Of a stretch of 64,000 nt of DNA, positions 35,581 to 49,626 are shown piece after piece. Numbering within the stretch: the first letter of the stretch is position 1; the number at the start of each line of letters is the position of its first letter. Made by a program: the position numbers and the translations under genes. The stretch lies in NCBI RefSeq assembly GCF_009914755.1, contig NC_060942.1; one strand, 5' to 3'. Below the pieces are notes generated by a model, which saw only the letters and a program-made list of their open reading frames with translations, had not been told where the DNA came from and made no database searches. This stretch comes from the human T2T-CHM13v2.0 reference genome, Homo sapiens.

Positions 35581-35694
35581 TTTCGCCGCCATCATGGTGT
35601 GTGTGGTTGACTCCATTCCTCACCATGTCTTCTCCCAAGACTTTCAGGGTCAAGCAATTCCTGGTCAAGAAACAAAAGCAAAATCATCCCATTT
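35581..35694 (+). pseudogene. RPL39 processed pseudogene, 5' part (5'UTR; ATG at 35625; MSSPKTFRVKQFLVKKQKQNHPI)
   Basis: Matches RPL39 N-terminus [23 protein letters not shown]; intronless. Confidence 0.93.
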
Positions 35695-36687
35695 TATCAG
35701 GGGAACCTGCCCCTGATAATTCAATGTAGGTTCTTTTCTATTTTCCCTAAGTGTTGGCCAGTCTGAGAAATAAAGGGAAAGAGTACAAAAGACAGAAATT
35801 TTAAAGCTGGGTGTCTAGGGGAGACATCACATGTTGGCAGGTTCCGTGATGCCTCCTGAGCCGTAAAACCAGCAAGTTTTTATTAGCAATTTTCAAAGGG
35901 GAGGGAGTGTATGAATAGGGTGTGGGTCACAGAGATCACATGCTTCAAGGGCAACAAAAGATCACAAGGCAAATGGAGGCAGAGCGAGATCACAGGATGG
36001 GGTGAAATTAAAATTGCTAATGAAGTTTCAGGAACACACTGTCACTGATAAACATCTTAACAGGGTTCAAGAGCAGAGAACCAGTCTGACTAGAATTCGC
36101 CAGGCTGGAATTTCCTAATCCTAGCAAGCCTGGGGGTGCTGCAGGAGGCCAGGGCATGTTTCATCCCTTATCTGCAACTGCATAAGGCAGACACCCCCCG
36201 CTGAGAGGCCATTATAGAGGGCTCTCCTCCCCCCAGGAAAGCATTCTTTTCCCAGGGCTGTGAATTATTAATATTCCTTACTGGGGAAGGAATTCAGCGA
36301 TATTTCTCTTACCCATTTTCGATAATAAGAGAAATATGGCTCTGTCCTGACTGGCCTACAGGCAGCCAGACTTTAAGGTTATCTCCCTTGTTCTCTGAAA
36401 ATCACAGTTATCCTGTTCTTAAGGTGCCCAGATTTCATATTGTTCAAACATACATGCTTTACAAACAATTTGTGCAGTTAACACAACCATCACAGGGTCC
36501 TGAGGTGACATACATCCTCAGCTTACGAAGATGACGGGATTAAGAGATTAAAGTAAAGACAAGCATAGGAAATCACAAGAGTATTGACTGGGGAAGTGAT
36601 AAATGTCCATGAAATCTTCACAATTTAAATTCTTCTGCCATGGCTTCAGCCAGTCCCTCCGTTCAGGTTCCCTGACTTCCCACAGCA
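35695..36687 (-). mobile_element. MER11 solo LTR (HERV-K11/HML-8 type), ~993 bp
   Basis: Minus strand begins TGCTGTGGGAAGTCAGGGA...GAAGCCATGGCAGAAGAA (MER11 5' end); 6-bp TSD CCATTT at 35689-35694 and 36688-36693. Confidence 0.88.
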
Positions 36688-36975
36688 CCATTTCCCAGTG
36701 GATTCAGATGACAGCTGGTAATACAACCAGTTACAGCTCCAAAACGGAGCCACTGAAGAAGAACCAAGCTGGGTTTATACGGAATTGTACGTGAGATGGC
36801 ACACAGGTTTACGCTGTGTCAAAGTCATGATCATGTCACCATATCGATCTGTGAATGTCACCACTATCTGGACAGTCGAACATGTTTTATTGGGAATATG
36901 TTTTTTCTCTTTGTTTATATGCTCTGCACTAGTAGGTAGGTTCAGTAATAAATATGTGAGAACTTTTGTTTCAGT
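36688..36975 (+). pseudogene. RPL39 processed pseudogene, 3' part (SQWIQMTAGNTTSYSSK, frameshift, premature TGA, RRTKLGL, 3'UTR, AATAAA)
   Basis: Matches [28 protein letters not shown]; +1 frameshift near 36744; TGA 36754-36756; AATAAA 36947-36952 followed by A-rich tail. Confidence 0.93.
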
Positions 36976-37261
36976 AAAAGAAGAAAGAAAGAAAGGAGAG
37001 AGAGAGAGAAAGAGGAAAGGAAGGGAAGGGAAGGAAAGCGGGGGAGGAAGGCAGGCAGGCAGGCAGGGAGGAGAAAGAAAGAGAAAGGAAGTAAGGAAGG
37101 CGGAAAGAAGGAAGGGGAGGGAAGGGAAGGGAAGGGAAAGGAAGAGAAGAGAAAGAAAGAAAGAAAAAGAAAGAGAGAAAGAAAGAAAGAAAGAAAGGAA
37201 GGAAGGAAGGAAGGGGAAAGAAAGAAAGAAGGAGGGAAGGAAAGGGGAGAAAGAAGAAAGA
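36976..37261 (+). repeat. (GAAA/GGAA)n purine-rich low-complexity tract derived from the pseudogene poly(A) tail
   Basis: Directly follows the AATAAA-defined pseudogene end. Confidence 0.85.
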
Positions 37262-38035
<774 letters not shown>

Positions 38036-39589
38036 ATAAACTGAAATATTAGACCTTGTTTTGTGTACAGATGGACCATAGTGAGTGAGTTCACACAGAG
38101 CAGATGTGGGTGAGCTGACAGATTCTGCATTATCAGGTCATACAAAGTTTTGACCTTCTATATAATGTAAACAAATATTCAACCTTTGTCCCACTTTAGA
38201 CATTGGTTTATTGAAAACAGAGACTAAGGAGAAAAGCCTTGGGGCCTAGTCCTGTCTTCTAATTCTTTCCCCTGGAAGACTTCACATAGGACACTTAATG
38301 TTTTAAACAGTTTTTTTTGGCAACTGCATAATGATGATAAAATTAACCACAAGGGTAGCTATGAGATTTAAATCAAGCATGCAGTGGTGGTTTCAACATT
38401 TTAAGCGCCAAACGATTTAGGTTATTAATCATGCATATTTAATATGCATTTATATTTTACGTAGACACATTCCAAATGAGGGTTAATCAGATAACTTGTT
38501 TCTATTTTTTTCATGTTGAGATGTCACATTGAAGTAGTCGTGTACAGCAGAGCATGCTTGCTCCTGCAGCTAGACTCGCCTTCCTGGGGAAAGGCACAGG
38601 TACTGTTGGTAAACATCTATACAATAACTGTTGCCTTGGCAGACCACCGGAAATAATAGTAGCACAAAGTGTGTTGAACTTTCCTGTATGCCTGAAATAC
38701 GCATCACGTGGATATTGGTATGGTAATATTATTCCAAGTTTTCAAAGGTCAACTTTCTTTGTCCAGATAAATCAGTTTTATACTCTGTATTTCAGAAACC
38801 TTTCTGTGTTTTATAGCTAGAAGGTCCTAGAGTGTAAATTATTTTCAGAGAATTAAAGGGCCATGGCTTCAACCTCTAATCCTTCTTCTGAGTAAATAGC
38901 AACTACTTTTCCTCAAAATAAAAGTATTATCAGGTTTTAACTAAGAAACATAAGGCCCAGAGAATCTAAATAATTTTTCTGTCATTATAGAGCAAACCAG
39001 TGAGGGAAGCAAGCTTCCTAGCTGATGTAGAAATTTTGCTACAATTTGCCTCTCTTGATGGCAAATTATAGCAAAATTAGTATATCAGGTGGGAAACTTT
39101 CTTTATGTTGAAAATACTTGTCCCAAATAGTTTAAACACTTTAAAGGTTTATGTCAGTTGAGAAACATATACCCTAAGATAGCTTGTGTGTACGTTTTAC
39201 CTACACAATATAGAATGACTGTATTAGCTACTTCTTCTGGTGCGATAATGTAGCATCATTCAGTACTGTGGGCCATAAGTTCTCTACAGTGATTGGTGTA
39301 TGGCAAGGATATTTAAGTGAGCACATGAGGACAAAGAGATGGGAACATCTTCAAATTGACACATTTATTGAGAAAAATGTTACGGCTGACTCCTTTGTAT
39401 TAGATATCTCATATTTTTACCCAAATATTTCTGAGTCTTATACTTCTTGCACATTTACCTCAATTTTTATGAACATATTATTTAAAGAGACTATATAGAT
39501 GCTTCAAAAGTCAGAATGTCAAGAGCTGCACATACCTTTCTCACTGTCTTAGTGAATTAGTGTGCAGAAAAGAGTTCATGTAGCAGGCT

Positions 39590-39802
39590 TGGATTCTGGG
39601 TGATCCTCCTGCCTCAGCCTCCCAAGTAGCTGGGACCACAGGCACATGCCACCAGGCCCAGCTAACATTTTTTTAAATTGTTTGTAGAGACAAGATCTCG
39701 CTATGTTGCTCAGGCTGGGGTTGAACTCTAGACCTCAAGCAGTCCTACTGAAATGGCCTCCCAAAGCATTGGGATTACAGGCAGGAGCCACCACGCCTGG
39801 CT
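39590..39802 (-). mobile_element. AluJ 5' two-thirds (its 3' tail lies at 41004-41050 on the + strand)
   Basis: AluJ-type sequence lacking its tail at this position. Confidence 0.85.
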
Positions 39803-40666
39803 CCAAGGGATTATTATGGACACTTGACTCTGAGTCAAAGCCTAGCCAAGACTGTTTCTGTTTAGCTTTATTTCTAGTGCTTTTGTGTTCATGTCTGTAG
39901 ACATGTCTTGATTGAAATCAGGAATTAGAAATTAAATGCCAAGTCCATAAAAAAGAAAATGAAGTAGATGCAACAAGTTCTCTGCTTGGATAAGCATAGC
40001 AGTGAGACTGCCATAGATACTGTCACCTTTGACTCATAAAGTGTCTCTTGGGAATCTGGCTTCCTGTCATAACAGAAGTTATTTTTTAACTTTAACTTTA
40101 AAACCGTTGTTTTTTATAACAATAAAAAAAACCTAGAAAAATGGCAAAAAATAGACTATGGAATATTGAGGAAAACAAACGAGGCAGGTGATGCTTTGTA
40201 GTGAGCGAGGGGACCAAATTCAAACAAACAAACATACAAGAGTATAATGGCACAAGGTAATTTAAAGCGGGGATTAACCATCTTGCTTCTCATTATATCC
40301 CACCACATAGAGCAAAGCGCAAGACTTGGTGCTCAGAGGACACCAGGACAGCCACAGGATGGTTATATCTATTGTCCTCTGTTTAGTAAGGCAAAGAAAC
40401 ATGCTATCCAGCTTCGAATTCTTTCCATCTAAAAATGATAATTTAAAAACTTGGTACATAAAAGGAATAAGCTTTACAAAACTTAGAAGATGTATGTATA
40501 TAAGACATGTCATTACTTATTGCCTACAGAAATAAGGCCTATTGTATATGCAAACTGTGTTTCAAATAAAACAAGTATGAGAATGTATATGTTCTTATAA
40601 CAATAGAAATATCATCTTAAAATGAGCCATCAGTATTAAAAGGCAACCAACACACTATTTCACAGT

Positions 40667-41008
40667 TGTGTTCAGGGTGCCCCCTCCCCAGGATCTGGGA
40701 TTTGCTGGAAGGACACACAGCTTTCAGCCTGTACCCACGTCACAGCTCAGGTTTATGACAGCAGAAGGATCCAAAGCAAATCAGCAAAGGGATAAACTGC
40801 CTGGGCAAAGTCAGAAGGACTGGCTGATGTCCCTGAAGAAAAGCAGGTGTTTAGCATAAACCACATGGGTTGTATAAACATTTAGACAGAATAAGCCACC
40901 CCAGCAGTCAGAGAATTGTTGAAAGCCTCCAAAAATCCAAGTTCTCACATGCCCACAGAGAGCCAACCTTGCAGGCAGGCCGTCCTAAGGACTGTAGTCC
41001 CAGGCCTG
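40667..41008 (-). mobile_element. MER21C/MER34-group LTR body (its first ~28 bp lie at 39561-39588 on the + strand)
   Basis: Minus strand caggcctgggactacagtccttaggacggcctgcctgcaaggttggc...tggtttatgctaaacacctgc. Confidence 0.7.
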
Positions 41009-41064
41009 GATGACAGAGCAAGACCCTGTCTCTAAAACAAAACAATACAAATGACCACATGGAG

Positions 41065-41192
41065 CCTTGTGGAATATCACCCTGATTCCTAGGCCTGGGA
41101 ACAAGTCCCAGGAATCCATGTCTTTCAGCAAGCATACCAGATGATCCTGATGTTGGTGTTCCACAGAATGGCATTGAGAAACACTGCTCTAC
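41065..41192 (+). mobile_element. MER5-type hAT-Charlie fragment
   Basis: cccaggaatcc...atgatcctgatg...ttgagaaacactgctcta. Confidence 0.6.
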
Positions 41193-41269
41193 TCTAGAAA
41201 GCACCTTCCAGGGGAGCTCCAGCTGCTGAGCCCCAGTCTGCCAGTGGATTTCTCCTCCCTCCTTTCTTA

Positions 41270-41880
41270 GGGTATTGACTTTAGAAAACTTGTAATTGGC
41301 AGTTCTGTCTCTGTCTCTTTGAAAGACATGCACATCTTTTTAACGGCCAGATAAGTCTTTTGTCAGCTTTTGATGGAGAAATGTCTTTCTCGAGGACCTG
41401 GGAGCCATCCCTTTGAAATGTAACCATCAAGGAAGACAGCACCCTTACCTCCCAATTTCTGAGAGGGTAGAAAACTACCACAAGCACCTCACTCAAGGTG
41501 CAAAAGTACCTCCTGTCATAAAGATGTGAGAAGTTTGTTTTTCCTTTGGATAAAGCCAATTATTAGCTAACACACACAGTCATCCCCAATTACCAGTTGA
41601 ATCTAGGATGAAGCATGTGTGACAAATGTCTGACAAGCCCTCTTACTTGAAGACTAGTTATCATTCATCTTTAGAGCATGTATGTAATGGGTTGTATCTA
41701 CTTGGCTGTATGAGAGAGTGAGATTTCTTTGTCTTTGCAGTCTCTTAGGAGGTTGCCTGTGACATGCATTACATTCTGATTTAGTGCTTATTCAATAACA
41801 AAATTATTTTGTTTTCTACCTTTGTGGAGCAGTTTTCTGGGTAGGGAGGAGATTTTGTTTCTAATTATATTTCTCCGGCA
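41270..41880 (+). mobile_element. MER34-family LTR
   Basis: ggacctgggagccatccctttgaaatgtaa...ctacctttgtggag...ttatatttc. Confidence 0.65.
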
Positions 41881-42971
41881 CACTTTTATTATTACTGTTG
41901 TTTAATCAGGTATAACTCTACATTACAGTGCTACCACTATGCTTATCCTCAGGAAATAGGAAATTTTTCAAATGCTGTAGTGAAATCAAGATAAACAACC
42001 TGGTGTCTGCAGGTTGCAACAGGACACACAATAGGCATACCATACCATTTAAATATATTATGTATTTAGCTGTACAATATAAACTACATAAACATGAGAG
42101 AACATAAGTGTTCAGAATGTTTTAATATGGAAAATAAACTTTTGTTTTTGGAAGGGAGATTTTAGAGGTGAAGCCCTCACTGTCCCTAAGGAAGGAGGGA
42201 CTAGTATTCTGATTACTCCAGCTCTGGTTTCAAGAAGCCATTACGGTCTGGGCACAAGAGCAAGAGAGCAGGATTTGACAGGAAGAGAAGAAGGGAGAAG
42301 CCTCAGAAGGAGGAAGGAAGGGCGTGCTTGGGAACTTTTAGCAGATTCCTGGAAAGCTGTTCAAGGGAGTGGACTTTCCCACACAGGAAGCGTCCAGTGG
42401 GTGGATCTGGTGAGGCCATGAGAACAGGTGCTTTGTAGTGGCCAGAAGCTGTGCCTATGAGACCTGAGCCATCACCAGGTCTCCTTTGCGCAGAGGCTAC
42501 TCCTAAAGTTCCCCTAATCTGTTCCTGGTGTGGATTTGACTTCACCAGCAACCAGCACCTCCCCTCCAGGCCTTCACACCTGCTACCTGATTGTGCCTGT
42601 CCCTCATGGCACTGTGTGGACAGCCTGCCTCACGTGACTCCATGATGTGCACAAGCCCCTAGAAGGAAGACAGGAAGGAAGGGGAGAAGGTCCCCTCATA
42701 GCATTGGCGTCAGCGAAGGATCCCGAGCTGAAATAAAGTAGCGGGAGACCACGAACCACCCCCGCTCCCCGACTCCTTTGCCTAAACTTGCTCTAGATTG
42801 GTTCAGCCTGAAACCTATCACTTGTATAAACCTCTTGAAGAAGGACGCTCTGTAGCTCCACCGTCACCAGCTTCTGTTGTGATGAGTCTCCTGATGAGAG
42901 TAGTTTTTCTCTTCCACTTTGAGCAGAAAAGTAGTGCTGGGGCCAAGAATAGGAACTCTGAAGCCAGTCAG

Positions 42972-43150
42972 CCCGCATCTGAATCCCTGCCCCTCTATTT
43001 ATTAGTTACCAAGCCTGAGATAAGTCCCGTCAACTCTCCATACCTCACTTTCCACAGACGTCAAACGTGGGCAGTCAGGCTGCTGTGACAAGTAAATCAG
43101 TAACTACGAGTAAATTCTCAGAACAGCCACTGGCACACATAGAAACATGG
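42972..43150 (+). mobile_element. MIR
   Basis: tgaatccctgcc...aactctcc..cctcactttcc...agaacagccactggcacacatag. Confidence 0.55.
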
Positions 43151-43240
43151 TATGTGTGTTTATCATATAGCGACCAAGACAAAGCCCTGTGACACGTAAT
43201 TCTTAGAACAGCTACTTATAACTCTTTCCTTGGGTCCTTA

Positions 43241-43628
<388 letters not shown>

Positions 43629-44149
43629 TTATATCTAAAGGTGTTATAAATGTTGTACAGATCTTTTCAGAATATGAAATTCAGCAAGCCTTAGGCTGAA
43701 TACCTCCAAATAGACTATCCAATTTTAAACCATTTTATGAAAAAAATTCCCTAAGTGCTCTACAAAACATGAAAGCCTATGCCTGGCTATAAGAAATAAT
43801 AACTAGGAATAATTTCAAAATCTGCTGCTTTATGCTCTAGAGTTTAATAACCCATCTCATCTCTCTTTTTTAAAAAGAGCCAATAATTTAAAAATGAATT
43901 ATATGATTAGATTTCAAAACTGATACCTTTATCTGCTGGATCAGGAAGAGAAAATAGTCAATATAAAAGCAAAATGACTTGTTTGGATTAAAATATTTGG
44001 GATTTGGCATGTGTGCATATGGTAAGTGTGGTTATAAAGTTGCCCACACAATCGTGTGTATTTGTTGAGTGTTTACCATACGGCAGGTTGAAAAATAAAC
44101 TTGTTACTCCTCCTAACAAATATTCATAGATATCTCAGTTCATACACCT

Positions 44150-44174
44150 ACACATACACACACACACACACACA
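44150..44174 (+). repeat. (CA)n microsatellite
   Basis: Directly visible. Confidence 0.85.
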
Positions 44175-45229
44175 AATTAAAAGAGTGAATAATCAATCCT
44201 AATGCTCCACATAAGATGTGAAAAACTGAAGACACAGTGACATCAGGATAACTATACTTGGTGAGCCTGTATTTTTCTGTATAAACTTCCCTCCCATGGG
44301 TTCATTTACACATTGCGTCCCACAGAAAATACCCCACCCTTTGTTAATGAAATCTTCTCAACTCAGCATCTACTTTTTATTTTACCCGTGTCCATCATCA
44401 TCACAATAAGGTTTTTTTTATTGTTTCACTCACTGTCCAACATAGCTAAAGCCATTTTCACTTTCCACCAATCCAACTGAGAGTATTAACATTTCAACTT
44501 GATACTTGTGAAAGACTCTCTCCCTGTGAGTTAATTAATTAAAATGCCACTCATATCTAAAGGATTGTGAACACCATGGCCTACCTTTGAGTTCTACCAA
44601 AGTTAAAAACATTGAATTAATCCTGGAAATGAATTTTAGAGTGCTCAATGAAGATTGCAAAATATTTATTTTATAAAAGTTGCACCAAAAAAACTTATAT
44701 TCCTGTTGAATAAATGTATTTTTAAAATCCCTGAATCATTTTAGTATAAATAATAGCTTAAAGATAGAAATTGGGGTTCAAAGATATACTTCTACTTATG
44801 ACAGATCTGTTTATTTTTCATTTTCCGTCCTCTTAAACAACATAGTCCTCCAGAAACCTAGTACATCGCCTTTGAATATTTATCAGGATCCATGTCAATA
44901 ATGTTTGAAATACTTCAGATGAAGTTCAAAGTAATCGACTGATTGAGTTGTAATACTTAAATTAGAATTTCTATTAAGAATGAAATGCTATTAATCTTAT
45001 AAGAATAACTTATTTTACATTTTAAGTAATTTTCTACTTGCTTTTGGAGAAATCTTTGATCAATCATTTATGTTCAGTTTTTAATAAGGCTCTAAGAGAC
45101 AACCTCAAGCTGTTAACAATTCCCAGGTGCTTTTAGAATGTAAATTCCATATACGACAATAAAGTATAAATGGTTATTTCACAGTCAGAGTCATTTGAAA
45201 GGTCTCAAATAAATGTAGCCATGCACTGA

Positions 45230-45388
<159 letters not shown>

Positions 45389-47145
45389 TGAATTTTAAGT
45401 AGGAAGAAAATCAGTACATTTGTCTGAATGTGAATCCTGACTTGTAGTCTAAGTTCCCAGGGAGAGAAAAACTTTATGAAAAGAGTTGAAAATTCAATCA
45501 GAAGATAAAGGTCCACCTGTAGAACAGCAGTTCCTAGGATCAACTGCTTTCTAATTCTACAAACTTGCATTGTTTATAGTGGTGTTCTGTTAGAACTTGC
45601 TTTATGTACATGAGGTAGCAATGTACAGTCAACAATGTTCTTCAATATAATAGTGTCATCAGATAAATTCAGCATGTAACCTTTTAGAGTTTCATTCCCT
45701 CTGACAATAACTTATCACTATTATTCAATATCTTACTTATCTATACAATAATAGTATGTATAAAAAATGACTGCAGGCAAACATTCTAGGTTTTTGTGTG
45801 TTCAAAAAATGAATAGATCAATACTAGGGCTTACAAAACAAATTAACTGACCGGTTGCATTTTTTTGAATGCAATAGATCATTAAAAAAAATGATCTGGG
45901 CAGAGGCAACAGTAAAGTAAAGATTCAACCACATAATAGCCATGATTGAGTAATCAACTCACTTGTGATGCTGGAAACTATGTTTCATCTGGATACCCAG
46001 TTTCACCGAGAAAACTAAATTGGGCTGAAAATTGTGGTTGATCTGTTTGAGTAGAGGTTATTTTAGCTTGTGAGCAGTGACACGGTGCTCTGGGATTCTG
46101 GTCGTGTTGCTCCATCATATAAATTAACTGTCATGGACATTTTACTTTCCATGTAGGTAAAGATAATAAAAGGCTGAGGTTCACCACACAATGTCATGGA
46201 AAGGGACATATCTGTCAGCCCAGTGCACACCAGTTCAGACAATCCTCATGTCCACAAGCTTTATATCTATTCTAAATTCACAGGAGTGGGACAGAAGGTT
46301 CTGGATTAATGGAATCCTTAAAAAAAAAAAAAACTGTCTTGTCTACAACCTGAAACTCTTCTGGAATCCAAATGGACTGGGAGCAAACTGGTTGGTTTTT
46401 GACAGAAATAAAAGGCCAAGGAAATAAGCAAAATTTATTTCCTTTCTTCAATAATTTTATAATCCAACTCAGGAGCACAGAGTCTCAAAGTCAGTAACCT
46501 CCCACAAGCCATCTACAGGCAAGATTTATAATCTGTATAAATAAGATGTATCATCTATATACGGATGTATTTATAACTTACAGCACTCTATTCCCCTGTC
46601 CTTCCTCCTTGTCAATCCTATACCTCACATCGTCCCAGAGGAAATATCTGGGAAGATTCTCTTAGCTGTGGCACTATGATTTCCTAGTGAATAGTTTTGT
46701 AATCTTAATTTACTAATCCCATCCTTCTATTCAGATGACCAGCAATTATGTGCCACTTATATTAAAAATTCAAAATAAGAAAATGAAAGTTAAAAAAGTA
46801 AATAGCCCTATCTGAAAGTTATATATGTAAACAAGAGTTCATGAAAGTTTTTTCTCCAATCACTGTAGTTGATCTTTTGAAAGTTCAGTTTCTTTGATCA
46901 ACAATCAGTAAACCTCAAAGGTTAAACGTTGAAGAAAAAAAATCTGGAAAGAAAAGAGGTAGAAAACTTAAAATTAAAATGGACACAGCCCCTACTAGAA
47001 TGAATAGAAACATTAACATAATCGGTCAAGAACACTTACTGGGCATATTCTGAAAAGATGCTTTGACAACTTTAAGCAGATGCCATAATCCTTAATCTCA
47101 ATTAATTTCTGATAACCAGAGTTTGGAACATTACAAATAGATGCA

Positions 47146-47310
47146 GGCCAGGTGTGGTGGTTCACACTACCAATCCCAGCACTTTAGGAGGCTGAGGCAG
47201 GGGATTGCTTGAGCCCAGGACCATCCTTGAAACCCCATCTCTACCAAAAATACAAAAATTAGCCAGTCTCATAACCCGGTCTCAAAAAATAAATAAATAA
47301 ATAAATACAA
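47146..47310 (+). mobile_element. FLAM/partial AluJ
   Basis: Alu left-arm sequence with (TAAA)n tail. Confidence 0.75.
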
Positions 47311-47649
47311 ATAGATGGAAGTTAATAAGTCACTCGAGGGTAGCAATTTTCAGACTATAAAAGTTTGAGAAATCCAAGATGCTTAATATTTCAATGATGG
47401 GGAAGCAGTTTGGTCTGATGTGGAAAAAAACATAGACATTGAGACGGCTGAAACTCTATAGGAAAGAAAGCAAATGTGATGGAAACTTAGTCAGTTAGAA
47501 AAAGGAGAAAGTAGGAAAGTGTGAGTGTTTTGAGGCAGTGGAAAGCACAAACTGAGATTCAAATCATGCTGACAGTATCTCTCTACCCTGTGTAGGACAC
47601 CTTTGTGCCTACAAAGGTAGGTGGATCAGTGGCCTATGACCCATCACTG

Positions 47650-48645
47650 ATCCCAGGACCAGGTGGCTTCACAGATGAATTCTATCAAACATTCTAGGAA
47701 TTAATGCCAATCCTGAGTTTAGAAACAGTTCTACATTATCATGTGTAATCAATAAATGATTTAATTCTTTTTTAAAAAAAGAAGCAGTTCTAAACTCAGT
47801 TTATGAGACCAGCATCACCCTGATACCAAAACCAGACAAAGACACCACAAAAAAAAAAAAAAAACCTACAGGCTGACATCCCTAATGAACACAGATGAAA
47901 AAATCCTCAACAAAATACTAGCAAACTAAATTCACCATCACATTAAATGGATTGTATATTCTAATCAATTCTGATTTATCCCTGGCATGCAAAGATGGTT
48001 CAACGTATGTAAATCAATCAATGTAATACACCACATTAACAAAGTGATATAAAAAGGCCACATGATCATCAAAATAGAGCATAAAAAGCATTTGACAAAT
48101 TCAACATCCTTGTGTGATTAAAAAAAAAAAACTCTCAACAAATTAGGTACAGAAGGAATTTACCCCAACACAATAAAGGCCATCTATGAAAAGCCCACAG
48201 CTAACATCATACCAAGTCATGTAAGACTGAGAACTTTTGCTCTAAGATCAGGAAAAAGACAAAGGTGGCCACTTTCAACACCTCTGCTTAACATAGTACA
48301 AGAAGTCTTAATCAGAGCCATTAAACAAGAAAAAGAAAACAAAAGGCATTCAAATCAGAAAGGAAGAAGTAATATTATCTCTGTTTGCCGATGACATAAT
48401 CATATATGTATAAAACCCTAAAAGTGCCGCAAAAAAACCTGTTCAAACTAATAAATGAATTCAGTTAAGAGGCAGGATACAAAAATCAACATATAAAATA
48501 TCAGTCAGGTTTCTGTACACAAACAGCAAACTATCCAAAAAAGGAATTAAAACAAAATCCCATCCCCAATAACAATAAAAGGAATAAAGTATTTAAGAAT
48601 AAACTTAACCAAAAATGTTAAAGACTTGCACACTGAAAATCATAT
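47650..48645 (+). mobile_element. L1M ORF2 reverse-transcriptase region fragment (decayed)
   Basis: ccaggacc..tggcttcac..tgaattcta; gaaaagcccacagctaacatcata; tttgccgatgacataat (FADD-like). Confidence 0.88.
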
Positions 48646-49582
48646 AGCAACTTATTCTTTCATGATTATTGTTTTGCCATCTTTGCTCAAGAACTAATGG
48701 TAGCTTTGCTTGACAATTATATGAGATGCAGGTTTTCACTGTCATCACTTAATTTAACCTACCTCGTCCCATATTAATACATAACTTAGACTCTCCATAC
48801 CAACCTAGTCATTTGACTACAGTCTCCCATGCACCATCTCCCCATTCCTCCTGCATATTTGGGGTTACTCTTCATAACCTGTTTCATGTCATTCCTCAGC
48901 TCTAATCATCAATGCCTCATTTGAACCTTGATGGTCCTGCCTGAGTGGTCTCACTGGTGGAAGACGATTATACAAGGACATGAGTAATTATACTTATCAA
49001 TGGCAAACAGAAGTTTTTTCAATATTTGCCTCCTCCAGAAACTTTCTGCAAGAGCTGATTTTATTTCTTTTGCCTTCATTCTTTTTATAGCCAATAAGGT
49101 CAGTTTAAACAATAGTAGTCTGCAAATCATTTAGCTAATATTAAAATATTTGACAAATTATTTTAGTGGCACCTAAAATACTTCTCTTATGACAAATGAA
49201 AATCCAGAGGATGTTAAGGGCCAAAAATAACTGTAGTCACTGTCAATAAACAGACATTCCCCTGTGCTCCCCCCGTCCCCACTTTCCTTGCCCTTCGGTC
49301 CAGGCAAGTTTCAAATTCAGAAAAGTCAGTCTGGAATTATTTCATTCTACATTTCAGGACATAAGTGCAAAGGACAAGAGAAATGTATTTCTTTTCACTC
49401 AGCAAAGAAAGTCAGTGGTAAATGTGAGTTCAGTTCTTGCTTCTGCCATTTTCTCCTCTGTTCAAAACCAATCAAGGCCTGGATACTTGACCTGCTGGTT
49501 GGCAGGGGTCCTCTGTTGAGTGACCTGGTACTTGTCTGAAGATGAATGCAGGCAGGTAGGAGTCAGGGGAAGAGCCCCTCTC

Positions 49583-49626
49583 TGTGTGTGTGTCCGTGTC
49601 TGTGTGTGCATGTGTGTGTGTGTGTA
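49583..49626 (+). repeat. Imperfect (TG)n microsatellite
   Basis: Directly visible. Confidence 0.85.
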
